From Octopus sinensis (lineage: Eukaryota): a stretch of DNA of 64,000 nt. Under the pieces are notes generated by a model that ran no database searches, was not told where the DNA came from, and saw only the letters and a program-made list of their open reading frames with translations. The position numbers were made by a program, and so were the translations under genes. The stretch lies in the NCBI RefSeq assembly GCF_006345805.1, contig NC_043000.1, positions 35,464,001 to 35,528,000 of the forward strand, in the 5' to 3' direction. Shown here piece by piece: positions 53,560 through 64,000 of the stretch (position 1 is the stretch's first letter; every line of letters starts with the position of its first letter).

Positions 53560-54160
53560 GGCGGCGAGCTGGTAGAAACGTTAGCACGTCGGGCGAAATG
53601 AGTAGCCGTATTTCGTCTGCCGTTAGGTTCTGAGTTCAAATTCCGCCGAGGTCCACTTTGCCTTTCATCCTTTCGGGGTCGATTAAATAAGTACCAGTTA
53701 CGCACCGGGGTCGATATAATCGACTTAATCCGTTTGTCTATCCTTGTTTGTCCTCTCTGTGTTTAGCCCCTTGTGGGTAGTAAAGAAATAGGTATTTCGT
53801 CTGCCGTTACGCTCTGAGTTCAAATTCCGCCGAGGTTAACATTGCCTTTCATCCTTTCGGGGTCGATTAAATAAGTACCAGTTACGCACTGGAATCGATG
53901 TAATCGACTTAATCCGTTTGTCTGTCCTTGTTTGTCCCCTCTATGTTTAGCCCCTTGTGGGCAATAACAAGATAAGAAACGTCAGCACGCCTGGCGAAAT
54001 GCTTAGCGATATTTCGTCGGTCTTTACATTCAGTGTTCCGCCGAGGTGAACTTTGCTTTCATCGGTTCGGGGTCGATAAATTAAGTGCCAATTGCGTACT
54101 AGGGTCGATCTAATCGACTAGCCCCCTCCCTAAAAATTTCAGGCCTAGAGTAGAAAAGAA
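53560..54160 (+). mobile_element. SINE family B trimer
   Basis: A full head, then repeated units; the last ends in tail type 2 (aaaatttcaggcctagagtagaaaaga). Confidence 0.87.
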
Positions 54161-54649
54161 TATGGGGAAATGATGTAGTGTGGGCAGGTTTCGGAATAGT
54201 AAAAGAATTCAATGGAAAAGTGGTTAGTGCGTAGATGAGTGAAGTTGGCACCAGTTGCAGAGGGTGAAATTATGGTTGGTGGGTGTGGATCTAAAAGAGG
54301 AAATAGTCGAAGGAATATAAAGAAATGAAATAACATTTATAAAGGAATAGAAGGGATAAAAATGGAAAAGAAAAAAAAGGCGGGGAAAGGAAATTTTAGC
54401 AGCAGGAATACTGAAATAGAGGAATGGTCGGAAATTTAATGGTAAGTTACGAGTGGGTGGTGGCAATTGTAATAATAGGGGCGGGGCAGGACTGTACAGA
54501 TAATATCAAATGGAATTATGAAGAAGAATAAAAAAAGATAAACAAATGGAAGAAAATGCAAAATAAAGAATTTGGAATTTTGGTAAAGAATATTAAAAGA
54601 AATGATGAAGAATATTATGAGGAATTGTTTGCCGTTTAGCTTTTACTTG

Positions 54650-54840
54650 TTTCAGTCATTTGACTGCGACCATACTGGAGCATTGCGTCTTGAAGGATTT
54701 TTAGTCGACCCCAGTGCTTATTTCTTAAACCTGCTACTTATTCCATCGATTTCTTTTGCCGAACCGCTAGGTTACTGGCGTAAACACACCAACACCGGTT
54801 GTCAAGCGGTGTTGTGGAGGACAAACTAAGAAACACACAT
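54650..54840 (-). mobile_element. SINE family A 3' half
   Basis: ttttacttgtttcagtcatttgactgcg...aaacacaccaacaccggttgtcaagcg. Confidence 0.8.
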
Positions 54841-54842
54841 GC

Positions 54843-54975
<133 letters not shown>

Positions 54976-55013
54976 TCTGTATGTATATATATATATCTGT
55001 ATATATATATATA

Positions 55014-55062
<49 letters not shown>

Positions 55063-55197
55063 AGGTAGTGTATAATTCCTTGATGTTTTCTTTGTGTGTC
55101 GTGCAATATATTCTATGTATTGCAGAGTGATACATTAGGAGCTTTTTTTTATGAGTAGCACCGGATTAGTTGAATCCATATACTGGACTTAGTTTTT

Positions 55198-55248
<51 letters not shown>

Positions 55249-55319
55249 ATAAATATTAGGGAATAAATCCAAATTTACAGGGAAAAATCAGATTTAGGAT
55301 TGAATCAAATTTTATAGTA

Positions 55320-55635
55320 AAATATTATATTATATTAAATTGAGACAAACCACTATTATGCAAATCAAACAAAGAAGACTTAAGCCAATACATAAAATAA
55401 TTTATATAAATTTAGAAATTTAACAATTATAAATAACCACTACGATCGTTTCATGTCTTTTCAGTACATCTTTGAGACGTTCTTCAGGTGGTTTCAAAAC
55501 CTTCTTGGCGATCGTAGTGGTTATTTATAATTGTTAAATTTCTAAATTATATAAATTATTTTATGTATTGGCTTAAGTCTTTCTTTGTTTGATTTGCATA
55601 ATAGTGGTTTTGTCTCTAATTTAATATAATATATA
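55320..55635. repeat. Inverted repeat (~127-bp arms) flanked by (TA)n, with a hammerhead in the spacer; Penelope-like terminal-repeat pair
   Basis: Arms about 55320-55448 and 55509-55635. A sequence related to the left flank occurs at about 110-200. Confidence 0.8.
55435..55493 (-). ncRNA. Minimal type I hammerhead ribozyme (GAUC loop, GUA site)
   Basis: AACCAC-CUGAAGA-ACGUCU...AGACAU-GAAAC-GAUC-GUA-GUGGUU; 6-bp stem I and stem II with 5 of 6 pairs. Confidence 0.82.
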
Positions 55636-55667
55636 TATATATATATATATTATATATGTATATATTC

Positions 55668-55887
55668 TGTTCTACTCTTGGCACAACGCCCGATGCTTTT
55701 GGAGGATGTGGGGGGGGGCAGTCCACTAGATCGACCCCAGTTCGCAACTGGTACTTAATTTATTGAACCCGAACGGATGAAAGGCAAAATCGACCTCGGC
55801 GGAATTTGAACTCAGAACGTAAAGACAGAGGAAATACTGATAAGCATTTCGCCCGGCGTGCTAACGTTTCTGCCAGCTCACTGCCTT
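55668..55887 (-). mobile_element. SINE family B (tail type 2)
   Basis: Head rc of gccagctcactgcc, core, and tail rc of ttctactcttggcacaacgcc. Confidence 0.82.
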
Positions 55888-56083
55888 AATATTGATATAT
55901 ATATATGTATATCCTGAAGTATATTTGCCACCTAAATGTGGCTAACCCTTAAGCGTTGATGCTACTGTAGTTTATAGCCCCAGGAAGATCTCTCCTTCAG
56001 CTGGCTAACGACACACTGTCTGTGCCCGATCAGTATTTGCGAAAGGAAATCATCGTTCCCATCCCTAGCCTGACATGATTACA

Positions 56084-56124
56084 CACGGACCCGGGTTTCT
56101 GAGTAGTAACCCGTCATCAGCGTG
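56084..56124 (-). ncRNA. Minimal type I hammerhead ribozyme (CCGG loop, GUC site)
   Basis: CACG-CUGAUGA-C GGGU UACU ACUC A-GAAAC-CCGG-GUC-CGUG; canonical core and triplet in 41 nt. Confidence 0.82.
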
Positions 56125-56979
56125 AGACAATCACCAGCTAGGGATGAGAAGTGATTCCAAACGCAAAATACGATATGCTTTTTTCAGTGACAAACCATCG
56201 CTGATCTCGAAAAAGAAGAAACAAGCAATCATATAATAATATAAATAGATATATAAATATATATGCATATATACATACATATATGTACATGCTTACATAT
56301 ATATGTATATACACATGCATATATGTGCACAGGACGTATGTATGTATGTATGTATGTATGTATGTATGTATGTATGTATGTATGTATGTATGTATGTATG
56401 TAGTTCTGTAAAGCCGGAGCAATGCGAGAAGGTACAACGCAAACTACAAAATGGAAAGTTGCAGAACAAAGTTGCGGTTTTATCTTGTGTTTCTATATTT
56501 CGGGGTGAAAACCCATTCTTCAGGACATTTGGAAAAGCAGTGGTTGGAAAAAGTTTGTTGCTCAGATGTGTGACGAGGAGGGACAGGGAATGGAAAGGGG
56601 AAGGTGAAATGCGCGGACTATTGTTGCTATAGCAACCAGTCTACTTCATGTAGTTCTTTCCTGTTATTAATGGCTGGTTTCAGTTTGTTTTTAAGGGGGA
56701 ATCCCGTACTTCTGCGATTGCCTCTGTTGCGTTGAGTTACCTTGATAGAAACCTTGAAATTCCGGGTTTGGCACTTCCCAATGCGTTTCTTTATCGAAAT
56801 GCCTGCCTATATATGCTCCCTTATACGGAGGTGTAGTTTTCTTGCGGTGCTCCTTAAGTAAGATGCTTCACATTTATTGCAGACTACCTCGTATACTGCT
56901 ATACTACTGTACTAGTACCATACACTGGGAGTACCACAAGGAAACCCCACATCCGAATAAACACATTGAAAACAAAATT

Positions 56980-57420
56980 ACAAAATCATGCTCAAGGAGA
57001 AATGAAGAGGAAAAAAACCCACTCCACGGCCAATACTCTACAAAATTCGGTAGAGAAGAAGCAAGCCAAGGTAAAAATCAAGAATAGTTCAAATATTCGG
57101 TAAAAATATTTCCCGGGTGAAGATAGGGAAACTATAAGGGTCTAAGGACCTTGAAATTGTAATATGTGAGACGTGAGGGCGAAAAGAACACCACTCATAA
57201 TTAAATCATTAGGCATGATTTTAAAACTATGGAAAGAAACAGAAGTCATACCAGGGCTCACAACACTACACACTGTCCCTGGAATAGCGATGAACGATCC
57301 ACATGTTGCGCAAGGTATTACCAATTCAATAGAATAACTTCTGAATCAACAGAATAGACAACAAGATCTTCACACACAACACACACCCGACATAATAAGC
57401 ACACGAAAAATAGAAAACAT
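56980..57420 (+). pseudogene. Highly decayed possible R4/Dong-type fragment
   Basis: KNPLHGQYS...QE resembles the W..K.LHGQY motif upstream of the zinc knuckle in RLE-type elements; little else is recognisable. Confidence 0.3.
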
Positions 57421-57842
57421 CACGACTCACGCAGTTAATACTCTACAAGATTAAGGTTCAATGAAATAATACGCCCTACATTGCACACACCACACACAAC
57501 ACAACAAACACGAATATAATTATTTTTTGAAGTAGCGGATCTCGAAGTAGAGAAAGCTATAAATAACAGCGCGTAAAGATTGGGTAGAAAAAATAAAACT
57601 TTGGATAGAAAGAGTTGATGGCTGTCCATAAACATGAGAGATGTTCTACCATTGGAACAAAGGACTCTTTCGAATTTCCCTCTGCATTTTAGAAACTTTG
57701 TTTCAACCAACGGGAACTGGATGTCGGTGGTCTCATAAGAATTTAGAAACTTTGAGAGAACATTAATTATTTCACAATACTGCGCATGCCTCAGGAACAC
57801 TACCGAAGAAAAAAAGGATAATGGTAATAATGCTACTAATAA

Positions 57843-58073
57843 GGCGGCGAGCTGGCAGAAACGTTAGCACGCCGGGCGAAATGCTTAGCAGTATTTCGTC
57901 TGCCGCTACGTTCTGAGTTCAAATTCCGCCGAGGTCGACTTTGCCTTTCATCCTTTCGAGGTCGATAAATTAAGTACCAGTTACGCACTGGGGTCGATGT
58001 AATCGACTTAATACCTATGTCTGTCCTTGTTTGTCCCCTCTGTGTTTAGCCCCTTGTGGGTAATAAAGAAATA
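57843..58073 (+). mobile_element. SINE family B, full-length monomer with a perfect flanking direct repeat
   Basis: ggcggcgagctggcagaaacgttagc...gagttcaaattcc...taataaagaaat, with GGTAATAATGCTACTAATAA at 57823-57842 and 58074-58093. Confidence 0.92.
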
Positions 58074-59184
58074 GGTAATAATGCTACTAATAATGATTTT
58101 CCTACTATAAGCCGGAAATTTTGGTGGAGAGAGTCCGTTCCCGATGCTTAACTGGTCCTTATTTTGTCGACGCCGAAAGGATTGTTGCAGGAATATATAG
58201 CAACCCAACGCGGACCACAGTGGGGTTGATGAAACTATGCCGCCTTTCTGATTCTGGGACAAGGAAAATTAAGTGACAAAAAAAATAATAAACTAACCTC
58301 AAAACATCTTGATGCAGAAAAACGGCGTAAAAATGAAACAATTTATGTCAATATTGCAGGCTTTATACATTAAAATATATCCGAATGATGAAAATTGACG
58401 GCGTTCACAATATCATCCCGAGAGACCAGAAAATTCTACACTTCGTTTGCATAGTTACATTCTAGGATTATAACATGCCATTTAAATACTATTTTGTAAT
58501 AAACACACACACACACAATGTGCGTATGTGTGTGTGGGGGGGATGCATTTATTACAAAGTGCATAAATGGCATGATATAATTCCAAACTATGTAACTGTG
58601 TAAATAAGGCATAGAATTACGATTTTTGTTCAAATTCCTTCTTTGTGTTTGTTTAGCAAAACATTTCTGACTTTTTTTGTCTTTTCAAGGAAATTCTGTC
58701 ATTTAAAGGTTTGTTTGATTTAGAATACAAGCATTGTGATTTTAGTTTTAGGGAAGGATGGCGGGGAGCAGTTGTTTTTTTTTAATTATTTATTTAGAGT
58801 TCCAATTCAATCAAACTGAATTTTAATTATTATAAACTGAAATCAATAACTTTAATCAAAATTTGATAAAAAAAAATTTTGTTTTCCATTTGTTTTCAAT
58901 TGAAACTTCGAATTTCAATTGATTTTTATTATTTCTTTCATCGAATACAATTTTGAATTTATCGAATTTCATGGCATAGAACTTCATCGCTGTTCTTGCC
59001 TCAAAGGTGGCTGTGAATCAGGGAGTGTGATCCCTAAAAGGGGCTTCCGGGGTTACTGATAACGAGACACAAACTGGGACTTAATCAACCCCGGTTGGAT
59101 CCCGTGAGTGAAGATGTGTGGTTGTTGAAAGACTGGGAACATCTAATGACCCCCCCCCCCGCTCAAGAAGCATCACTAATAATC

Positions 59185-59420
59185 CGTTCTACAATAGGCA
59201 CAAGGCCTGAAATTGGGGGAGGGGGATAGTCGATTACATCGATCACAGTGCATAACTGGTACTTAGTTTATCGACCCCGAAAGGATGAAAGGCAAAGTCG
59301 ACCTCGGCGGAATTTGAACCCAGAACGTGAAGACAGACGAAATACCTATTTCTTTACTACCCACAAGGGGCTAAACACAGAGGGAACAAACAAGGACAGA
59401 CAAACGGATTAAGTCGATAA
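59185..59420 (-). mobile_element. SINE family B dimer fragment
   Basis: Tail type 2, core, and junction gacgaaatacctatttctttactaccc. Confidence 0.83.
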
Positions 59421-59512
59421 GCACAAGTAGCAGCGTACTGTTCATAGACAGACTCCATTAAAGCATAGACTGCAGTCTTATGAAAGAATAAAAGAATTAT
59501 TAAAAGTGTATA

Positions 59513-60170
59513 TATTCTTTTATTCTTTTACTTGTTTGAGTCATTTGACTGCAGCCATGACAGAGCACCAATTTTAGTCGAATAAATCGACCACAGGACT
59601 TATTCTTTGTAAGCCTAGTACATATTTTATCGGTCTATTTTGCCGAACTGCCAAGTTCCGGGACGTAAACACACCAACAACGATGGTGGGTGGACAATAT
59701 ATATATATATATGTGGTTGTGTGTGTATGTGTGTGTGTGTGTGTGTGGTGTGTGTGTGTGTATTTGTGCGGCGAGCTGGCAGAAACATTAGCGTACCGGG
59801 CGAAATGCTTAGCAGTATTTCGTCTGTCGCTACGTTCTGAGTTCAAATTCCGCCAAGGTCGACTTTATCTTTCATCCTTTCGGGGTCGATTAAATAAGTA
59901 CCAGTTACGCAATGGGGTCGATATTATCGGCTTAATCCATTTGTCTGTCCTTGTTTGTCCCCTCTGTGTTTAGCCCCTTGTGGGTAGTAAAGAAATATAT
60001 ATATATATAACGGGATTCTTTCAGTTTCCGTCTACCAAATCTACTCACAAGGCTTTAGTCGGATTGAGGCTATAGTAGAAGACACTTGCCCATGGTACCA
60101 CGCAGTGGGACTGAACCCGGAACCATGTGGCTGGTAAGCCAAGTTACTTACCACACAGCCACTATGCGCC
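59513..60170 (-). mobile_element. SINE family A split by a nested family B copy
   Basis: 3' half at 59513-59700 and 5' half at 60010-60170. Confidence 0.85.
59768..59996 (+). mobile_element. SINE family B nested in the central microsatellite of family A
   Basis: Full head-to-tail copy. Confidence 0.88.
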
Positions 60171-61051
60171 TATATATAAAAACGATACATTCAAAAGAGA
60201 TACCTCAAGAATTCATTTAAAACAGTCCCAATCACTACTATCGTCCACAACGAGTCACTTTCAGGGCATTTGACCATTTAACATCCTACTACTAACATAC
60301 CACTCCCGCATTCTTTTATTATTCTTTCTTCTTCTTCTTTCTTCTTCTTCTTCTTCTTCTTCTTCTTCTTCTTCTTCTTCTTCTTTCTTCTTCTTCTTCT
60401 TCTTCTTCCTTTACTACTATTGCTGCTCAAACAATCAAAGACAAGAATTCATAACTACCTCGTACCCACAAGCGTAAAAAAGAGAGAGGGAAAGAGGGAG
60501 AGAGACAGGCAGAAACAAGGAAAATGCCCCTTGTATTTGAATACTATGTAATTTTTTTTTTTTTTATACTTTTCACATAATTTTTCCACAATTTAATTGT
60601 TTTCCATACTTAGAAAAAGTTGAAAAAGTCTCAATGACCGAAATTGGTACTAAAATGTTTTTCATGATAAAATTATTTTAGCATTTTCTACCTTGACTTA
60701 TTTTCCTCATATATATATATATATATATACACCTGTTGTTATGTCCTGTTATTTGTATTTGTGTAAAATTTGTCTGGGGGGTTTTTTCCGTCCTTATTTT
60801 CGCATACATCCGCTGCTTTCTTCCAAGGAATGTAATGCTCTTAGCTTATTTTTTCCTTGGGGCAGGCCATACTGGAGCAATCTCGAGTATAACCAGCCGA
60901 AATTGCAAAGATAATCTGGAACTCGACTGAGGATCAAAAACTCCGAATGATCCGCCCTTGTTTTCCTTGTATCGTCTGTCTGGATATTTTGTTGTCCCTT
61001 TTTTTGGTTCACCTAACTGTCTGGATGTTTTGCGTTGTTGTCCCATTTTTG

Positions 61052-61112
<61 letters not shown>

Positions 61113-62460
61113 TGTATGTATGTATGTATGTATATATATGTTTGTTATTTGTTCCTTCTCGAGCCAAGCCTGGCTCATGAGGGCCGGTTTCCCGGTTTCA
61201 TTGGCATATAGGCTCCCCGCCTGCACGGGACGCCGATCCGTTGCAGATATATTAAGTTTATGTTCATATATAATATAAGCGCGCGCACGCGTGTGTAATA
61301 TAAATTTATATTTGTGCAATCTCGCTGGCGCTTCTCTGCGTATAATTCTCTGCGTATAATTCCGTATAAACATTTAGCAATAATTTTATAACTCAAGGGA
61401 GATAACTCTTGCATAACTGCATTAAGAGTTTTCTCTCATAATGCGAATGACACTCTCTCTCGAACTGTTTCCGCCACTTACGAAAGTTACTAGAATACTA
61501 ATTTCTATATCCATAAATGTTTAATTTTACTTTGAAATTAAGACCCACGATGGCTTTTCGCCAGCGCCAGCTTAAGACTAACATAGAACTAACGCATTTC
61601 GCTGCTTTTGTCTCATCTTTCTCTCCCAAGGTAGAGAGATACTGTAACGGAAGATATTTAAAATATGAACAAAATAAAACTAGACAATAGTTGTTTACAT
61701 AAATGTCGACTACGACTTCTTTACATGAACCGTTCATTTTTAGTAGCGGAACAGTGATTACGTGACTGCACTATGACTAAATTATTGCTGAGCAATCAGA
61801 TTTGTAGCTTCTATTGTATGGATGAGGAGATATGGCCAAACACAATGTTGATTATAATCTTCTACGTCAGAAAGAGAAAAACTGAATACTGTTTGGGTCA
61901 TCTATGGCTTCTGTTCCTTGATCCAGACTCAACAAGTTAAAAAACATAAAATGGAGCAGAAGAACTCTACAAAACGACAATTGATACAAATGAATGTGAT
62001 TTTGTAGATTTCTTTCTTATAACAATCTTCCGGAAATCAACAGAGCCGAGCACGAAATATCCTGAAGTATTCGTTCGGATTACCTGTGCTCTGAATTGAA
62101 ATCTCGCTAGAGTGAACTTTGTTTTCCATCCTTGCGCGATCGATACAAGGAAGTAGGAGTTGAGGGCGATGGATTGCGGATGCGATAGGGCACCTGAAAG
62201 GCCTTGCACGATTTATTCTAACTCTGAGGTCTTGGTTCATCCATCACCCAGTTTTTAACTTCACTAACCAGGTCCGTTTTGCAGGATTCACTCTGCTGTA
62301 AGCGTTCAGACCATGTTTAAGGATACGTGTCTGAGAGACACTAGAAGAGTGAGTGCTTAGAGGTCTACTCCTCCTTGGCAGACTAAATAAACGGTAAAGA
62401 ACATCAAAAACAACCCTAATTCAATAGCTAACATTATCTTCTGATAATTCTGACAAGTTT

Positions 62461-63120
62461 ATTATTAGTTCATCCGTCGTTATCGATGATGACCAAAGAC
62501 ATCACATGAGAGAAGCTGGGGCACGGTGTGTCCGGCTGTAGCCGATGAGTCCAATGTGTGCTCGAAAGACTCTGCCGCAGGTCGGGCACTGGTCCGCTGG
62601 GGTTAAAGGCAAGGTGTTGGCTCTGCACATGCGCAGTTCGTTTTCTTTGAGCTCCTGCAATCCTGTTCTATTCGTAGGAGGTGGCACCTCTGAGGCGCCG
62701 ATGCAGCAGAGCATGAGCTGCTTTTCCACTGCCTTCAACAATTTTGGCCTCACAATCAGCACTCAGAAGACAGAAGTCGTGAACCAACTTGCTCCGCAGA
62801 AGCCGTATGAGGAACCAACTATCAATGTCGAAGGCGAAACCCTGAACGTTGTTGATAAGTTTACATAACTCGGCAGCACCCTTCCAAGATTTGTGAACTT
62901 TGACGATGGAATCGACGCACGCATCGCCAAGGGAAGCTCAGCATTCGAGCAACTACGTGTATCGGTGTGGGAGAAGAGGGATATTAGGCAGGCGACCAAT
63001 TTGAAAATGTAGCAACCTGTTGTACTGCTTGCGCTGCTGAAGGCCTGCGAAACTTGAACGGTTTACGAACCCTGCGACAAAAAGCTAAACCGCTTCCACA
63101 TGAACTGCCTGAGGAAGTTG
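62461..63120. mobile_element. RTE-clade LINE insertion with a 5' inversion, flanked by a 13-bp TSD
   Basis: Minus 62461-62690: C-terminal CPTCGRVFRAHIGLI..SRTHR, 3'UTR and (TAA) tail. Plus 62690-63120: MQQSMSCFSTA..NFGLTISTQKTEV...LGS...NRFHMNCLRKL. TSD TTCTGACAAGTTT (62448-62460) / TTCTGGCAAGTAT (63121-63133). Confidence 0.88.
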
Positions 63121-63141
63121 TTCTGGCAAGTATAGGAGAAA

Positions 63142-63183
63142 CCTCAAACATGTTTCGCTTTTATTCTGACTTCATCAGTAAAG
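63142..63183 (-). ncRNA. Small hammerhead variant (AACAUGUU palindrome, GUU site)
   Basis: CUUUA-CUGAUGA-A-GU...GC-GAAAC-AU-GUU-UGAGG; stem I has two G-U pairs and stem II is weak. Confidence 0.6.
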
Positions 63184-63639
63184 CAGAAACTTCTTTTTAC
63201 TATATTCGGAAGCAGTAAGAGGAAGGCAGGAATAAAACGTTTTAGGTCATGTACTTATTAGTAATAATAATGTTAGTCACAAAAACTAAAGGAATTGTTC
63301 CAAGTTTGTTTTATATGCAGAATGTTTTCAAACTCGAAACGCATCGTAACTTCCAGAGGTGGCGATGATTTCTGTGGAAAATCTGGAGAAATAACCTGAA
63401 AAAATAACCTCGTAACAGATATTTAGAACTAATAATCTATACGACTTCGGTTTCAGTATATATTATCATAAATTAGAATATAAGAAGAGAACCATGATGG
63501 ACAACTGGTTAAGGTACGGAGACAGAAAAACAGCTGATGGTGGTTGGTTGGTTGGTTGGCTCTAAATGGAATTCTTCATATTACCTCGTACATACCTGTT
63601 GAAAATCGATACCAGATCAATTTGGTTGGGTCAGAGTGA

Positions 63640-63799
63640 GAGAAAGTTGTAGTGAAAGAGTACAGCAGGGTTCGCCACAAACCCGTGCAGGAGCCTCGTA
63701 GAGCTGTAGGTGTTTTCGCTTAATAAACACTCACAACGCCCAGTCTGGGAGTTGAAACCATGATCATACGACCGCGAGTCTGCTGCCATAACCACTGGG
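63640..63799 (-). mobile_element. SINE family C 5' part
   Basis: Homologous to 29210-29360. Confidence 0.8.
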
Positions 63800-64000
63800 T
63801 AGGGTAGCTCTAAGGATAAATTTTCATAACTGTACATGAGGGAGGTTTGATAGGAGGTGGAGCTTACTTTCCTTAGCATCTTGGGACGGTTTTGATTCTG
63901 TTAGGATTTCTTCACCTGATATCCAGTCACTGGGATAAATACAGTTTTCTAAGCTGTACGTACATGTATATAATTGTTGATATATCATATGGTGGAAGCG

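Noticed and set aside
60920-60960. CUGAGGA...UCCGAAU and similar partial cores (10863, 24725, 63290-63355, 45600-45660)
   Set aside because: Each lacks GAAA, the UH triplet, the core or stem I pairing, so none was counted.

Overview
Eukaryotic, repeat-saturated DNA, most likely from an octopus or other cephalopod (inference from the SINE families and extreme microsatellite load; not checked by search). The only confident host-gene feature is the first coding exon of an SLC6 Na+/Cl- neurotransmitter transporter (GABA/taurine/creatine group, + strand, 7692-7935). I found no downstream exon, and a 100-N scaffold gap lies at 25759-25858. Nearly all provided ORFs are microsatellite translations. 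The rest is microsatellites and mobile DNA: four tRNA-headed SINE families, non-autonomous Helitrons, a mariner with two 5' ends, and fragments of R4/Dong, Tx1/L1-like, CR1/L2-like and RTE LINEs. The most notable signal is a set of at least a dozen very small type I hammerhead ribozyme motifs of the Penelope-associated kind, found by eye. Seven have intact cores, and the helix-III palindrome varies between families. One is the 3' module of a tRNA-headed SINE-like element. Six of the seven intact motifs are antisense to the SLC6 gene. All motif calls are manual and none was tested with covariance models or cleavage assays.
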